DNA of 62,782 bases, counting the filler, from Chiloscyllium plagiosum (taxonomy: Eukaryota), in the NCBI RefSeq assembly GCF_004010195.1. It is 5 parts of one record of this genome, joined end to end, with 100 filler letters (N's around TTAATTAATTAA, not from the genome) between each part and the next. Parts side by side here need not be neighbours in the genome. Positions count along the whole stretch, not along the records: positions 23,820 to 45,787 come from NC_057717.1; positions 45,888 to 55,057 come from NC_057717.1; 3 more parts are not named here. One strand, 5' to 3'. A program made the translations under genes and the position numbers. The stretch's first letter is position 1. Each line of letters begins with the position of its first letter. Positions 37,290-49,765 of the stretch are shown here, one piece after another. Under the pieces are notes generated by a model. That model saw only the letters and a program-made list of their open reading frames with translations. It had not been told where the DNA came from and searched no databases.

Positions 37290-38710
37290 ATTTAATTCTT
37301 CCAGTGACTCTTCTACAAAGCTCCCAGTCTGTTAAGAAATGTTTGCATTTTCATGTCCAGTATCCATAATTATTTGCTGAGTTGAACATTTGTGCTGTTC
37401 CTATTCATTTCTGGAGAAATTCCGCAGGTCTGGCAGCATCTGCAGAGACAGAGAAAAATAGTTAGCGTTTCACGTCCAGTATGGTGTTCCTTCAGAACTG
37501 AAAATGATTGGAAAATGAGCTATTGATTCCTTGCCAGAGGTGGGGGATGGATGACAGGGAAAAGAGTGTGCGGCAACAGATAAACTGACCTTTAGCAGTG
37601 GTGAACGCGAAGATGATGTAAAACGGGTGTAAATTAAGATATGAATGGGGAAAGGGGTTCCTTCTCTTGAGTGCAAGATAAAGAAGACATAACCAGTCAA
37701 GGTCAGAGGGAGGCCAAGAGGGTGAGTGTTAACTATGTGGTATTATGTACATCTGGCCAGAAGTAAGTTTTCACTGTAGAGATCATCACCCCCTTTAGAA
37801 AAAGGAATTCAGTTGCTTGACTGCTTATTGGTACTAGCAAACGTTTCATGCTGCCTTAGCATTGTAACATGGAGAAAAGCAAATCACAATATGAAATTTG
37901 GACTGTGTGTTGTTTACCAGCCACTTTTAGTATTGTTTCAAATTTGTGATGTTTATTTTTAAATACTTGATCTTGAAGTTAGTATCAGATGGCGTGTAGG
38001 AGATTGATGTGTGACATTATAGAAATTAAAAAATCATGGGAGGCATGGACAGAGTGAATAGCCAAGGTCTTTTCCACAGAATGGGGGAGTTCAAACATAG
38101 AAGGCATAGCGTTAAGGTGAAACGGGTAATATTTAAAAGGGACGAAGGAGCAACGTTTTTACACAAAGGGTGGTGAGGGCATGGAATGAGCTGCCAGAGG
38201 AAGAGTGGCAGCTGCATTTACAGCCGTAACATTGAAAAGACATTTGGACAAACATATGAATGAGAAACATTTAGAGGCATGTGGGCCAAATGCAAGAAGA
38301 TGAGACTAATTTATTTTGGAAAACTTGGCCAGCATGGACATTTAGAAAAGCTTCACGCAGAGTCAGTGTGGTTTTGTGAACGGGAAATTATATTTTGCCC
38401 TTTAAGTTAATGCAAAGTGTTTCTGGAGATCCCTGAGAACGTAACAAGCGGAATTGATAAAGAGGATCTGGTAGACACGAGGCTTTCCAGAGATTTTCCA
38501 CAAGGTATCACAAAATAAAGCTTGTTACACACGACAGAAGCTCATAGTCTAACAGATAATGTATTCGCATGGGATGACGATTGGTTAACACACAGAAATC
38601 TGAGAGTCAGGATTAATGGATCATTATGACAAAAGTGTATCTGCTGGAGTACCGCAGGTTTGAGTACGATGGCATCAGTTATTTACAATCTATACTAATA
38701 GCCTGAAGGA
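37290..38710 (+). repeat. Segmental duplication unit, copy A (Penelope terminal pieces plus CR1 fragments)
   Basis: Colinear with ~46620-48030, including the junctions between unrelated repeats. Confidence 0.85.
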
Positions 38711-39124
38711 GGACATCACAGAGAGCACAATACTATTTCATTGCAGGACCCGTTATTTTAAACTTTGTTAACCCAACATCAAATCACCACCTCTTTTCAG
38801 ATAAAAAGATACAGTAATTAAGAATAGACAGATGCCAATCCGCACTCCAAACCTGTCCCACATTCCCATTGTCTCTTTCTGATTAAGTACTTATCAAACC
38901 CAGCCTCTGCTGCCGTCTCAGGAAGAGAATACCTGAATGCAAAACACCACACTAGAATCAGAAAAAGGAGCAGAATTAGGCCATTCGACCCATCGAGTCT
39001 GATATGCCGTTCAATAATTTCTTATATGTTCCTCAACCTCATTCTTCTGCCTTTTGCCTAGAATCCTTGACCCCATTATGAATCAAAAACAGCTCTATTT
39101 GTGTCTTAATGAGACGAGTGTCTC

Positions 39125-39400
39125 TATGTGTGTATGTGTGCGTGTGTGTGTCCATCTGCTTGTTATATGAGTATTCGTTTGCCTATGTCTGTCTGTGTAT
39201 CAGCCTGTGTATTTCTACCTGTGTTTGTTTCTATTGAGTGCGACTGCATATGTCTTTGTGTGCTTCTATGTGTGTGTATGCTTGTCTCCTTGTACATATT
39301 GTACATGTTAGTATATTGGGGTATTTACGAATATCTCTATGTAATTCTATGCATGCATCTCTGTGCAGTGAGTTATCTTTGTTTTTGAGAGTGAGAGAGC
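39125..39400. repeat. Degenerate TG-rich simple repeat
   Basis: Direct reading of the sequence. Confidence 0.8.
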
Positions 39401-40877
39401 TGACGCTGGAACTGCTAGTGGGTTTAAAGTGAGAATTCCCCTTCGCTGATCATTGCTCCTTACTTGGTTGGTGGGACGTGGATGTTTCAGAATCTCCACA
39501 CAAGTCGTCCCGGTCCTCTTTGGCTTGTACCAAGGTCCTCCCCACACGGCGTGGGGAGGGGGGAGGGAACAGATATCAGGCACCCCACCACCTTTGTTGG
39601 CCTTTTTATGTCCTATTCCAGGCTGATTCTCCTGGAATAGGAGAAAGGGAGGGAGAGTGTGAGCGTGGGAGTGGCTGGCCCTGCTATTAGTGCTGATCCA
39701 GGTGGGGTGACATGGTGAGGTGTCCTGAGTGAGTCAGTGCACAGTGATGTATTCATTCGTGTTATCAGTGTGGAGGCTATTGCATAAGTGACAGAGAAAG
39801 TGAAGGGAGGAAGTTGCTGAATTCAATAGTGAGAGTGTTAATGCCTGAGCCTTATTTGGAGATAGAGCGTGAGCCTTGTTCGGGAGTAGGTGCTATAACA
39901 GGTATACAGTGAGTGTGAGGGAGCAGACAGAATACAGTGACACTTATCCTGGCAGAGCTGGGAAGATTGTTGATGCTTGTCCTGTATTGTTGGATATTTA
40001 TTCATATCATCCCAACGTCGAGGTGAGCCTCTCCGAATGTCTTGTCCATGTCTATCAATAATAACGACACAGACCATGTCCCTCAGCTTTCACAGAATCA
40101 GTTTAGGTAGAGATTATAAATAGCAAGGAGAAGCAAACATTAGTGTTTGATATATCTAAACCAAAACGGTAGCAGAAAATCTGAACATTATGTGCTTTGG
40201 AAATTACACATGCAAGTATTGTGAATACTGCAGTCTTATTGGATGGTCTCAAGTTGTATCTAAACTGCGTTAACTAAGTGACTGCTTATGCTGTGAAAAA
40301 TAAATTCCATGTGGTGGGTTGAAGTGTATGTTATGAACCAAACTAGAGAGCAGGTTAATTCGGAGTTGGTGTTGCGTGGTAAGAAAGCCTAATTATGAAC
40401 ATTACTCTGAAGCAGCTTTTGAGGAATAGTGACATTAATAAGGTGCATTTACATGCGTCCGCATGCAATATCAAATGTGTGAACATTCTGATCAAACATC
40501 ATGGAAGCCTGGAGGGTAGATGGTCAAGTTCGCTCCAGTAAATTGGGAAAGNNNNNNNNNNNNNNNNNNNNNNNNNNNNNNNNNNNNNNNNNNNNNNNNN
40601 NNNNNNNNNNNNNNNNNNNNNNNNNNNNNNNNNNNNNNNNNNNNNNNNNNNNNNNNNNNNNNNNNNNNNNNNNNNNNNNNNNNNNNNNNNNNNNNNNNNN
40701 NNNNNNNNNNNNNNNNNNNNNNNNNNNNNNNNNNNNNNNNNNNNNNNNNNNNNNNNNNNNNNNNNNNNNNNNNNNNNNNNNNNNNNNNNNNNNNNNNNNN
40801 NNNNNNNNNNNNNNNNNNNNNNNNNNNNNNNNNNNNNNNNNNNNNNNNNNNNNNNNNNNNNNNNNNNNNNNNNNNNN

Positions 40878-41399
40878 TTTAATAACATCCTTCCTATAGC
40901 AAAGTGAACAAAGCTGACCATGACGCTTCAAATAATGCCTCACCAGCTTCCTGTATAACTGAGATCTAACTCATCAACTTCGACAGTCAGTGCTCTGCCT
41001 TCTTTACTGCTCTGTCTACCTGTGAATCAACTTTCCGAGCCCCGTGCACCCGAACTCCAAGGTCCCTCTGCTCCACAACACTCCTTAAGGCCCAATCATT
41101 CACCATGAAACTCCAACCTTGACTCGACTTTCTAAAATGCAAGAACTTACACCGATCTGGAAAAAAAGCAATTTCCATTTCTCAGTCCACTTCTCCAGCT
41201 GATCGTGGTATTGCTGAAATTTCTGAAATTCCTGATAATCTTCCTCACTCTCCATGATGCTGCCTATTTTAGTGTCGTCATCAAACTTATAATTCAAGCC
41301 TGTGCATTCTCATCTAGATCATAGATGTATGTAACAGGTAAATTATATATATATATATATATATATAACATGTTACATACATCTATGATGTGGATGAGA

Positions 41400-41441
<42 letters not shown>

Positions 41442-41793
41442 ACAAACAATGTTCCCTGCACCGATCCCTGAGGTATTCCACTATTCACAGGTCTCCAGTC
41501 CGACAAGCATCCTTCCTATATTACCCTCTGCTTCCGACCACCAAGCCAATTGTGTGTCTAATTTACCAGCTCCCCCTGGAATCCAGGCGATCAAACACTC
41601 CAGAGTAGCTGATCTTCTGTAACTTTATCAAAGGCCTTACTGAAATCCATATAGACTATATATACCATTCTGCCCTCATCACTGTTCCTTGTCACTTCAT
41701 CAAAGCACTGTAACAAGTTTGAGAGCAATGATCTCTCTTGCACAAAGCCATGCTAACAGCTGCTAATCAAACCCTGTCTTTCAAGTGCATGCA
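40878..41793 (-). mobile_element. CR1 LINE RT fragment with (TA)n expansions
   Basis: SDWRPVNSGIPQGSVQG, KFDDDTKIGS and QRDLGVRVH motifs. (TA)n at ~41344-41367 and ~41402-41438. Confidence 0.9.
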
Positions 41794-42317
41794 CAGAGGA
41801 ACCAGAGGCCAAATATCATTTATCCGAAATTTTGGATTATCCGAAGGGGACCTCAATGTCCCGATAGAAACATTATGTCTTTCAACCCTGGTTGCGTCTT
41901 TAGTTTGTAGGTACAATGATAAAAAAAATCTTGTCTTACAAAAATGGTGTGGATGGGGTTTGGATGATGGCTGGGGATGGTTGGGCGTGCGGGGTTAGGG
42001 GACCGATGTAGATGTTGCAGGGTTAGGAACGGGCAAGGGCAGACGGGTGTAGCGTTGGACGGGGTTGTGGGCTGGTGGGAGCGGGGTTGGGATGGGAGTG
42101 GACAGGGTTGGGGGTGGGCGGGGTGGGATTGGGCAGGGAGGGGTTGAGAGCGGACAAGGAGTGGAATCTCACGCACAGTGTGCTGCTGCCTAGTCTCCTG
42201 AACAGGGAGCAGACTTCACAGAAAACTGAGCCCCAGAGGAAGTCAATTAACCAAATAATCAATTATCTGAACGAAATAGTGCCTACCAATTTCGTTCGGA
42301 TAATTGAGGTTCCTCTG
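41794..42317. mobile_element. Tc1/mariner (Tigger/pogo-like) non-autonomous DNA transposon (MITE)
   Basis: Termini CAGAGGAACC...GGTTCCTCTG, followed by TA on the right. Subterminal TTATCCGAA/TTCGGATAA repeats; no transposase. Confidence 0.8.
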
Positions 42318-42525
42318 TATAGAGGAAACATAATTGACCTTCTGTTTATCTCTAATTTCCAGATCAGCTATTGAAACAAACACATTAAAATTAAATGCTC
42401 ACAATTCCTTTCAAGTGTTGAGCATTGTACAATTGTAGACGTAATTTCAACAAAACGCTTCATTTGTTAATAGGCTACTTAATAAGTTTAGGACTCCAAT
42501 TCACTGCAGTTACTATTTTACAGTT

Positions 42526-42544
42526 ATCCCATAGATGGCACTGC
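42526..42544 (+). promoter_or_regulatory. CTCF-like core motif CCCATAGATGGCACTG
   Basis: Matches CCACYAGRKGGCRS with two mismatches at the 5' end and lies in non-repeat sequence. Confidence 0.3.
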
Positions 42545-43349
42545 ATACAAGCACACACAATATATTCAATCCTTTCAATCTAGAAATAGAAAACTGCTTA
42601 GCCCTGTCATTTTATGTAACAGCAAAAACTACTTTGTGTTTCTGGATATTCGTCTCTTTCTTGAACTTAAAAACACCACAGAGTGAGCAAGTGGCTTAAT
42701 GATGGGTAACGTGACAAATTAAATATTATATTAATCATAGGAAGAACTCCAGAAATTGTGGAAACCTGAGAATTCTCAGAAATTTATGGTTCAGAAAAGG
42801 AGGGACATGAAGCTGATCAGGAAGTCAAAACGCGAACATGCATGCTCACAAACAGGAACATAATGACTGCATCAAACTACTATCTATATTTCAAAAGAAA
42901 CAAAATAAAAGCAATGTCAAATGTGGAAATTTGTAATTGGGAGAGGAGAGTTTATGGTGGAGAACAAGGAAATGGCCAAGAAAATAACCATTTACTTTGT
43001 ATGTGTCTTCATGGTGGAAGATCCAGAAACTCACCCAGAAAACCAAGTGATCAGATGGAGCTTATGGAACTAAAGACATAAAGCCAATTTATATCAGTAA
43101 CAGGGCAGTACTTGAAAATGTAACTAGATTGAGCATTGCTAAGTCTGAAAAAAAAAACAGATTTACTTCGTATCAAAATGTCAGAAATAAGGCACCAATG
43201 GAAGTATTAACTGCACAGTCAATGACTATATTTTATTTTCTGGACATTCTGCAGAGGCCGGAAGCCATTGTAGTTTAATGGAAGGTAGTAAATGTGTTCC
43301 AAGCATTTCAGATGAATGGAAGGGATCGAAACAAATATTTGTGATTCTG

Positions 43350-43540
43350 AGGAGCTGGTGTTGGATTGGGGTCGACAACGTTAAAAATTACACAACAGTA
43401 GTTATAGTCCAACAGGTTTAATTGGATGCATACGCTTTCAAAGTGTACAACTACCTGATGAAGAAGCAGCACTTCGAAAGCTAGTACTAGCGAATAAACC
43501 TTTTGGACAGTAATCTGGTTTTGTGTGATATTTAACCTTA
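43350..43540. mobile_element. Short palindromic Penelope-derived element (inverted terminal pieces) with hammerhead motif
   Basis: Arms ~43380-43423 and ~43493-43537 are imperfect reverse complements, with a hammerhead core between them. Confidence 0.75.
43452..43486 (+). ncRNA. Minimal hammerhead ribozyme motif, second variant, core intact
   Basis: UAC, CUGAUGA (43455-61), A, stem II GAAG-CAGCA-CUUC, GAAA (43476-79), G, CUA, GUA. Stem I is UAC/GUA; stem III is the palindromic AGCU. Confidence 0.7.
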
Positions 43541-43544
43541 TCAT

Positions 43545-45172
43545 TTATGGTTATCATAAATGATGGAGATGAGAATGTGGAGAGGAGAGTGGTTGATAGT
43601 GTGATAAATCGCTTTGAGTGGGACACAAAGATTGGCCGGGTAGTTGGCAGTAAGGAGGAAGGCCTTATGTTGCAGGAAGATACAGACAGAATGGTCAGAA
43701 GTGCAGATCGATGGCAGATGGACTGTAATGCTGATAAATATGAGTTGATGCACTTTGGAAGAAGGAACCAGGCAGGGGAGGACTCAATGAATGGAAGCAC
43801 ACGAGGAAGCTCAGAGGGTGCTTTTACACACATCCCTGAATGTGACTGAACAGGTGAAAAGTCGATCTAACAAGTCTTAGGAGTCGTAGACATAGATTAT
43901 AAGAGTTATAACGGAGTTTGTTTAGGGCAAGATGGTATGCAGTGTGCAGTACTGGATAACTCATTACAAAAGGATGTCATTACACTGTGGGGGGTGGGGT
44001 TTGGTGGGCATTCATCAGGATGTTCCCTGGGATGGAGCGTATCAGCTATGGAGAGGCTGGATAAACGCGGGTTGTTGACTTTGGAGCAGAGGAGGCTGAG
44101 GGGATGTGATTCAGAAAGTTAAGATTACGAGGGGCATGGACAGAGTGGATAGACAGCAGCTGTTCGTTTTAGTCAAGAACAAGAAACAAGTGAAGTGCGT
44201 GAGGTTTAAAGAGCATTTAAAGATATTTTATCACCCAGAGGATGTTGGGGTCCGGAAGAGAGAGAATGGTTGTTATGGGTAACTCCACAACAATTACCAA
44301 GTACTTGGACGAGTTTTTGCAGTGTAATAACATGCCTGGTCCTGGACCTCATGTCAAAAAGTGGGACTAATGTAGATCGTTCTGTTTTTCGGACGATACA
44401 GAGTCTGTGTTTCTGTGATTGTGTGATTGTTGAATGCTCTTCGTTAAATTGTTTAAGACAGAAATGGATGCTTTTTCTGAAGAGTATATCAATGAGAGTT
44501 ATACAAGTGAACTGTAATAGCTTCTAAAAATATGCCCATGTGAAAAGTAAGATGAAGCAATTGCAGCTTATGACAGTCTAAAACTAGAGAATAGAGAATG
44601 GAGAACAGGGAAATGGCAGAACTATGAAGCAACTAATTCATTCTGTCTTCACAGAAGATAACAAAGCAAAAAGAAAACTTCCCAGCAATACCATGAAACT
44701 TTAGTCTGGTGAGAAAAAGAGAATAGAATGAAATTAGCAACTAAACAGTTCGGAAGAAAGTATTGGAACAGAACATAATGGGCACAGACAAAGTCAACAT
44801 AGATTTATGAAATGGGAATCATATTTGAGAAAGCAAAATTATGTAGAAGCTATCAATGCAATACGATTGGATTTTCAACACGATTTTTGCTAAAGCCACA
44901 AGCCTATCGTGCAAATTTGAATCCTATGGGACTCGGGCAAATATATGGCCATGGTTTTAGAATGGGAGAGCTGGCAGGAAACAGTGAGTAGGAATAAAAC
45001 ATTTTTGTAGAATGGAAGGCTTGGAGGATATAGCAAGGATCGGGGTTTGGGACCCAGCTATTCCCAATACACATCATATCTTTGGTTGAGCGGCTCAAAT
45101 GAAATATCCCCAAGTCTGCTGATGGCATTAAACGATGTTGGATTGTGAGTGGGTGAGCAGGATGTAAAAAAC
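43545..45172 (+). mobile_element. Composite CR1 fragments (paralogue of 32650-33790 plus 34660-34860)
   Basis: FEWDTKIGRVV...WQMDCNADKYELMHFG. Shares junction sequence ..GAGAATGGAGAACAGGGAAATGGCAGAA.. with the other copies. Confidence 0.85.
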
Positions 45173-45678
45173 TGTGCGAGATATGCGGCTGTCCAGCCCC
45201 ATCTCCGGCACTTTTATTTCCCTTCCCAGGAACAAAGACACGGAGGAGTCTGTCCAAAACTTTTCATTCAACTTTGCAAAGTCGGGTGTGAGGAAACAAA
45301 TGGTACACACACCCCTTAATAATAATCTCCACACATTATATACACGTAAATGTGGGCTGGGGCTCCTACTGCTGTCTTGACCAACGAGTGCTAGGGTTCC
45401 CCACTGTTTTCCTTATTTGGGTTCTGGTGCCTGCGATTATTTTGTTATTCGCTTGGCCAATCAGTGTTCGAGTTCCCCGTTCTTTCCTTATATGGATGAT
45501 GTTGTACAACTGTGGTTAAGGGCGGTCTCTCAGCTATCGAGGAAAGCTGTTACAATTGTTTCATTCACAAAAACATGGGGGAGGTCCAGCAACAGTTTCG
45601 AGTGTCTGCTTGTGTTTACTATAAGGTAGAAAAGACTAAAATGCAGCTAACCATTTAAAAATTACACTACCCCCTACA
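45173..45678 (-). mobile_element. Endogenous retrovirus 3' LTR (506 bp)
   Basis: Minus strand begins TGTAGGGG and ends CTCGCACA (TGT...ACA). Preceded by PPT AAGAAAAGACACGGGGGA-TT (45679-45698). TATATAA at ~45337-45343 and AATAAA at ~45214-45219. Interrupts a CR1 fragment. Confidence 0.8.
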
Positions 45679-45712
45679 AATCCCCCGTGTCTTTTCTTAC
45701 GGCCTGTAATTT

Positions 45713-45787
45713 TTAAACCGTAAGTTTCTTCTCCAGGGCGTTTAATAACTCCCGAGCTTGTTCATCAAACTGCCCGTCTCTAATACT
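45713..45787 (-). pseudogene. Open frame ending just before the PPT, probable env cytoplasmic tail (SIRDGQFDEQARELLNALEKKLTV*)
   Basis: Sits immediately upstream of PPT+LTR and is truncated by the gap. The env call is positional only. Confidence 0.45.
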
Positions 45788-45887
45788 NNNNNNNNNNNNN
45801 NNNNNNNNNNNNNNNNNNNNNNNNNNNNNNNTTAATTAATTAANNNNNNNNNNNNNNNNNNNNNNNNNNNNNNNNNNNNNNNNNNNN

Positions 45888-46070
45888 CCCAGCAATTTCT
45901 CTCTCAACATCCCCCTCATCACCACAGCACCTTCCCTGTCAACATCTCTCTACGCACCCCAGCACCTTCCATCCCAACATGCCCATCCCCACTCCAGCAC
46001 CTTCTTCTGAACATCACCCTCCCCACCACAGCACATTCCCTGTCAACATGCCCCTCCCCACCTCAGCACT
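45888..46070. repeat. C-rich ~35-bp minisatellite (CAGCACCTTCCCTGTCAACATCCCC...)
   Basis: CAGCA(A/C) recurs roughly every 35 bp, about 5 units. Confidence 0.8.
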
Positions 46071-46619
46071 TGGGATCATTTCCCCTTCTCCATCAGAAGT
46101 TATTTCTGCTGTTTGGAATGCAACCAGTCATGTGTGTTTTGTCAACAGGTTTAGATGCATGTGTCCGACCTTGACATCAGCCCTGCATTCAGTGACCTAA
46201 CCTGGCTTCTGATGCCGTAACACTTCCATTTTCATATTCTCATTCTGCTGAGGGCATCTCCCTGGTGTCACGCCTCCAATTTGTTACTTTATCTCAATCC
46301 ATTTAAGGTAATAATCTAAATCGTTTCTTTTCCACAATGTCAACGTCGGCATTTGAAGTGAATGTGTTCCCTCTGTTTTTCTCCATGACATGATTAAAAG
46401 CTCTGTAGTTTCAGTGATGTCAGTCTCATGCAGTTTCAGAATCTAGGAACTTGTGCACCATGCACTATCGTTCAGTCCCCAGTGTACGACGCTCCAGGTT
46501 GGACAGGATGTTTGACCATCATTGACATCCTTCTTTGGAAATTGTCCAAAAACAGAAAATGGTGAAGTAATTACCGAAAATGTTGCAGCATCTTCTGGAA
46601 TGAATGCAGAGTTGAACTT

Positions 46620-48030
46620 TCATGTCCAGTGACCCTTTTCAAAGCTCCCAGTTTATCCAGCAATTTTTGTATTTTTATTTCCAGTATCCATAGTTATTTG
46701 TTTTAGTGAAAATTTGTTCGGTGCCTATTCATTTCTGGAGAAATTCAGTAGGTCTGTCAGCATCTGCAGAGACAGAAACAGCGTTAGCGTTTCAAGCCCA
46801 GTGTGGCACTTCTTCAGAACTGAAAAGGATTGAAACCTGGGATTTTTAATCCCTTATCAGAGGTGGGGGGATAGATGACAGGGAAAAGAGGGTGTGGCAA
46901 AGATAAACGGGCTTTTAGCACTGCTAAACGAGTGGATGGTGTAAAATGTGTTTAAATTAAGGTGTGAACGGGGGAAAGGGGTTCTCTCAATTGAGTGCAA
47001 GAGGAAGAAGACACAACCACACAAGGTCATAGGGAGGCCAGGAAGGAGAATGTTGACTCTGTGGCATTATATAGATCTGACCATGGATACGTTTCACTGT
47101 CGAGATCATCGCCCCCTTTAGACAAAGGAATCCATGTGTTTGACTTCTTATTGGCACTAGTAAACATTTCATGCTGCCTTAGTATTGTAATATGGAGAAA
47201 AACAAATCACCATATGAAGTTGATCTGAGTATTGTTTGCCTGTCATGTTTAATATTGTTTAAATTTGCAGTGCTTATCTTTAAATGCTTGTTCTTAAAAT
47301 TAGAATCAGATGGAGTGTAGGAGGTTGGGTGGTGACATTGTAAAAGCTTCAAAAATCATGAGAGATATGGATAGGGTGAATAGCCAAGATCTTTACAACG
47401 GCATGGGAGAGTTCAGCCATAGAAGGCATAGGTTTAAGGTGAAAGAGAAAAGATTTAAAAGGAACGAAGGGGCAACGTTTTTATACAGAGGGTGTTGTGT
47501 TTATGGAATAAGCTGTCGGAGGAAGAGTGGTAGTTGCCAGTACAGGTACAACATTTAAAACTCATTTGGACAAACATATGAACCGGAAAGATTTCGAGGC
47601 ATATGGGCCAAATGAAAGCAGGTGGGACGAGCTTAATTTGGAAAACTTGGCCAGCATGGACATTTAGAAAAGCTTCACGCAGGGTCCGAGTGTTTTGTGA
47701 AAGAGAAATTATACTTTGCCCTGTAAAATTATGCAAAGTATTTCTGGAGATGCCTGAGAATGTTACAATCAGACTTGATAAAGGGGATCTGGTAGACACC
47801 AGGCTTTCCACAGATTTTCCACAAGGTATTACAAAATGAAAGTTCTTACACATGACAGAAGGTCGTCGGAATATGGATAATGTATTAACATGGGATGATG
47901 ATTGGTTCGCACATCGAAATCGGAGAGTCAGGATTAATGAATCTTCATGATAAAGGTGTATCTGCTGGAGTACCACAGCTATGAGTCCGATGGCATCAGA
48001 TATTTACAATCTATACTGATAGCTTGAAAG
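46620..48030 (+). repeat. Segmental duplication unit, copy B
   Basis: Colinear with ~37290-38710. Continues as decayed CR1 to ~48660. Confidence 0.85.
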
Positions 48031-49429
48031 AGGGAGTTGAGTGCAACATACATCCGAATTTGTGGATGACACTGAGAACCAAAGGCAAGCTGTTATTTAA
48101 TGGAGACGACTTCCAGAAAAGGAGCAGTAAAAAGGGATTGGAGTCTTCCTGTGTATGAAACATAAAGTCAGCATGCTGGTTCAGCAAGTAACTGGGTTGT
48201 TTCAAAAGATGGGTTCCTGGGACAAAAGGTTTGTGTTAATGACAATCTCTAAAACGGTGAGGCGATCATTCATTGGGGTTTAAACGAATGAGGAGTGATA
48301 CTGCTGAAAAATACAAGACACAGAGAGGGGTTGACACTGCAGATGTTGAGAAGTTGTTACCATTCCCGGGTGGAGTCCCGAACTTGAGGACATAGATACC
48401 GAATATGGAACATCGATTTCAGTCTGAGATGCAAAGTGATGTCTTCTCTCAGAATGTCTGGAATTCCCTAACCCGGAGAGGTGTGGAGGGACAACAAATT
48501 TGGACTATACAAACACCCAACGGGTATATATAACTCATTCACTCTCCTCAAGGAGTCGGCAAGAAAGTGGAGTCGAGTCCTGGAGTAAATCAGCCATGTC
48601 CGTATTAAATGACAGGGCAAGCTTGAGGAGCCGAATAGCCTACTGTTCCTACTGTTATTAATTTCACATGTTATGCTTTTGGAAAGTAACTGGTTATTTT
48701 CCTGGAAGTTGTGTTCTGTCATGCTACATTCGGATGAGCAGAGGATTTGTTTGAGTTTACCCTGGGTGGGGTATGGGGGCTGTAGCCACAGCGAATCGGG
48801 GTCTGGGACATGGCTTAAATTTGGAGCAGAAGTTACAGAGATGGGAAGCCTGGAAACAGGGATTGGGGGTGAGGTTCACTTCCTGATCCAGGCTAGATTT
48901 TCCAAGTACGTTTCCAAAACTACACCTAACCATCGGAATGGCCTCAATTTGCAGGTCCGAAGGGCTGAATGGAACATCAGGACACAGGGCTGAGGGATAG
49001 GAGTGGGACATTCGGCCCTTTGATACTACTCCACCAGTAAATGAGATCGTGGCTCATCTTATTGTTGTCCCAGCTGCACTGTTCTCTCCATGCACCATTA
49101 TCCCTGATTCACCGGTCTATGGAAAATCACATGAAGCCAGCCTCGATATAATATAAAGATTCAGCCATCCCAAACTTCTGGGAAAGAGGATTTCTACTCG
49201 ACTGAATTCCCACTTTGTGAATTTCTTCTCACTCCATTTGTGACTGTAGATGAAGGGTGTCACTATTTCCTTTTCTATTTCCACTCCTCCACTGCTCACA
49301 ACAAATTTTAAATGTAACCAGGTTGGTGAGATGGCCGATGATAAAGGTCTCAGACTGGGTTAGGTTCAGTGATAAGAAGTCAGGCAGATTTCTTTAGTCA
49401 GCCACAAGTTACTAACAGAACTAACGGAG

Positions 49430-49765
49430 GAGTATGGTGGATCTGTCGGTGGCACTGCTTCCTCACATCACCAAGGAGCTGGGTTCAATTCCAATCTCGG
49501 GCGACCCTCTATGTTTGAACATTCTCCCCGTGACTGTGTGGGTTTCCACTCAGTGCTCCAGTTTCCTGCCACAGTCCAAAGTTGTGTAGTTTAAAGTGGT
49601 TGCCCATAGTGCCCAGGGATGTGTAGGTTAGGTGGGTTAGTTATGGGAAATGTAGGCTTACATGGATAAGGTAGGGGGCCACGTCTAGGTAGGATGCTGT
49701 TTAGTGCATCAGTGCGGACTTAATGGACGGAATGTCCTGGCTCCACACTGCAGAGGTTCTATGAC
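49430..49765 (+). mobile_element. tRNA-derived V-SINE (HE1-like)
   Basis: GCACTGCTTCCTCACA...GGGTTCAATTCC B box; V-domain ACATTCTCCCCGTGACTGTGTGGGTTTCC; CR1-like tail ..GGTTCTATG. Confidence 0.85.

Noticed and set aside
49445..49495. tRNA gene
   Set aside because: The A/B boxes belong to a SINE head; there is no complete cloverleaf and a V-domain follows.
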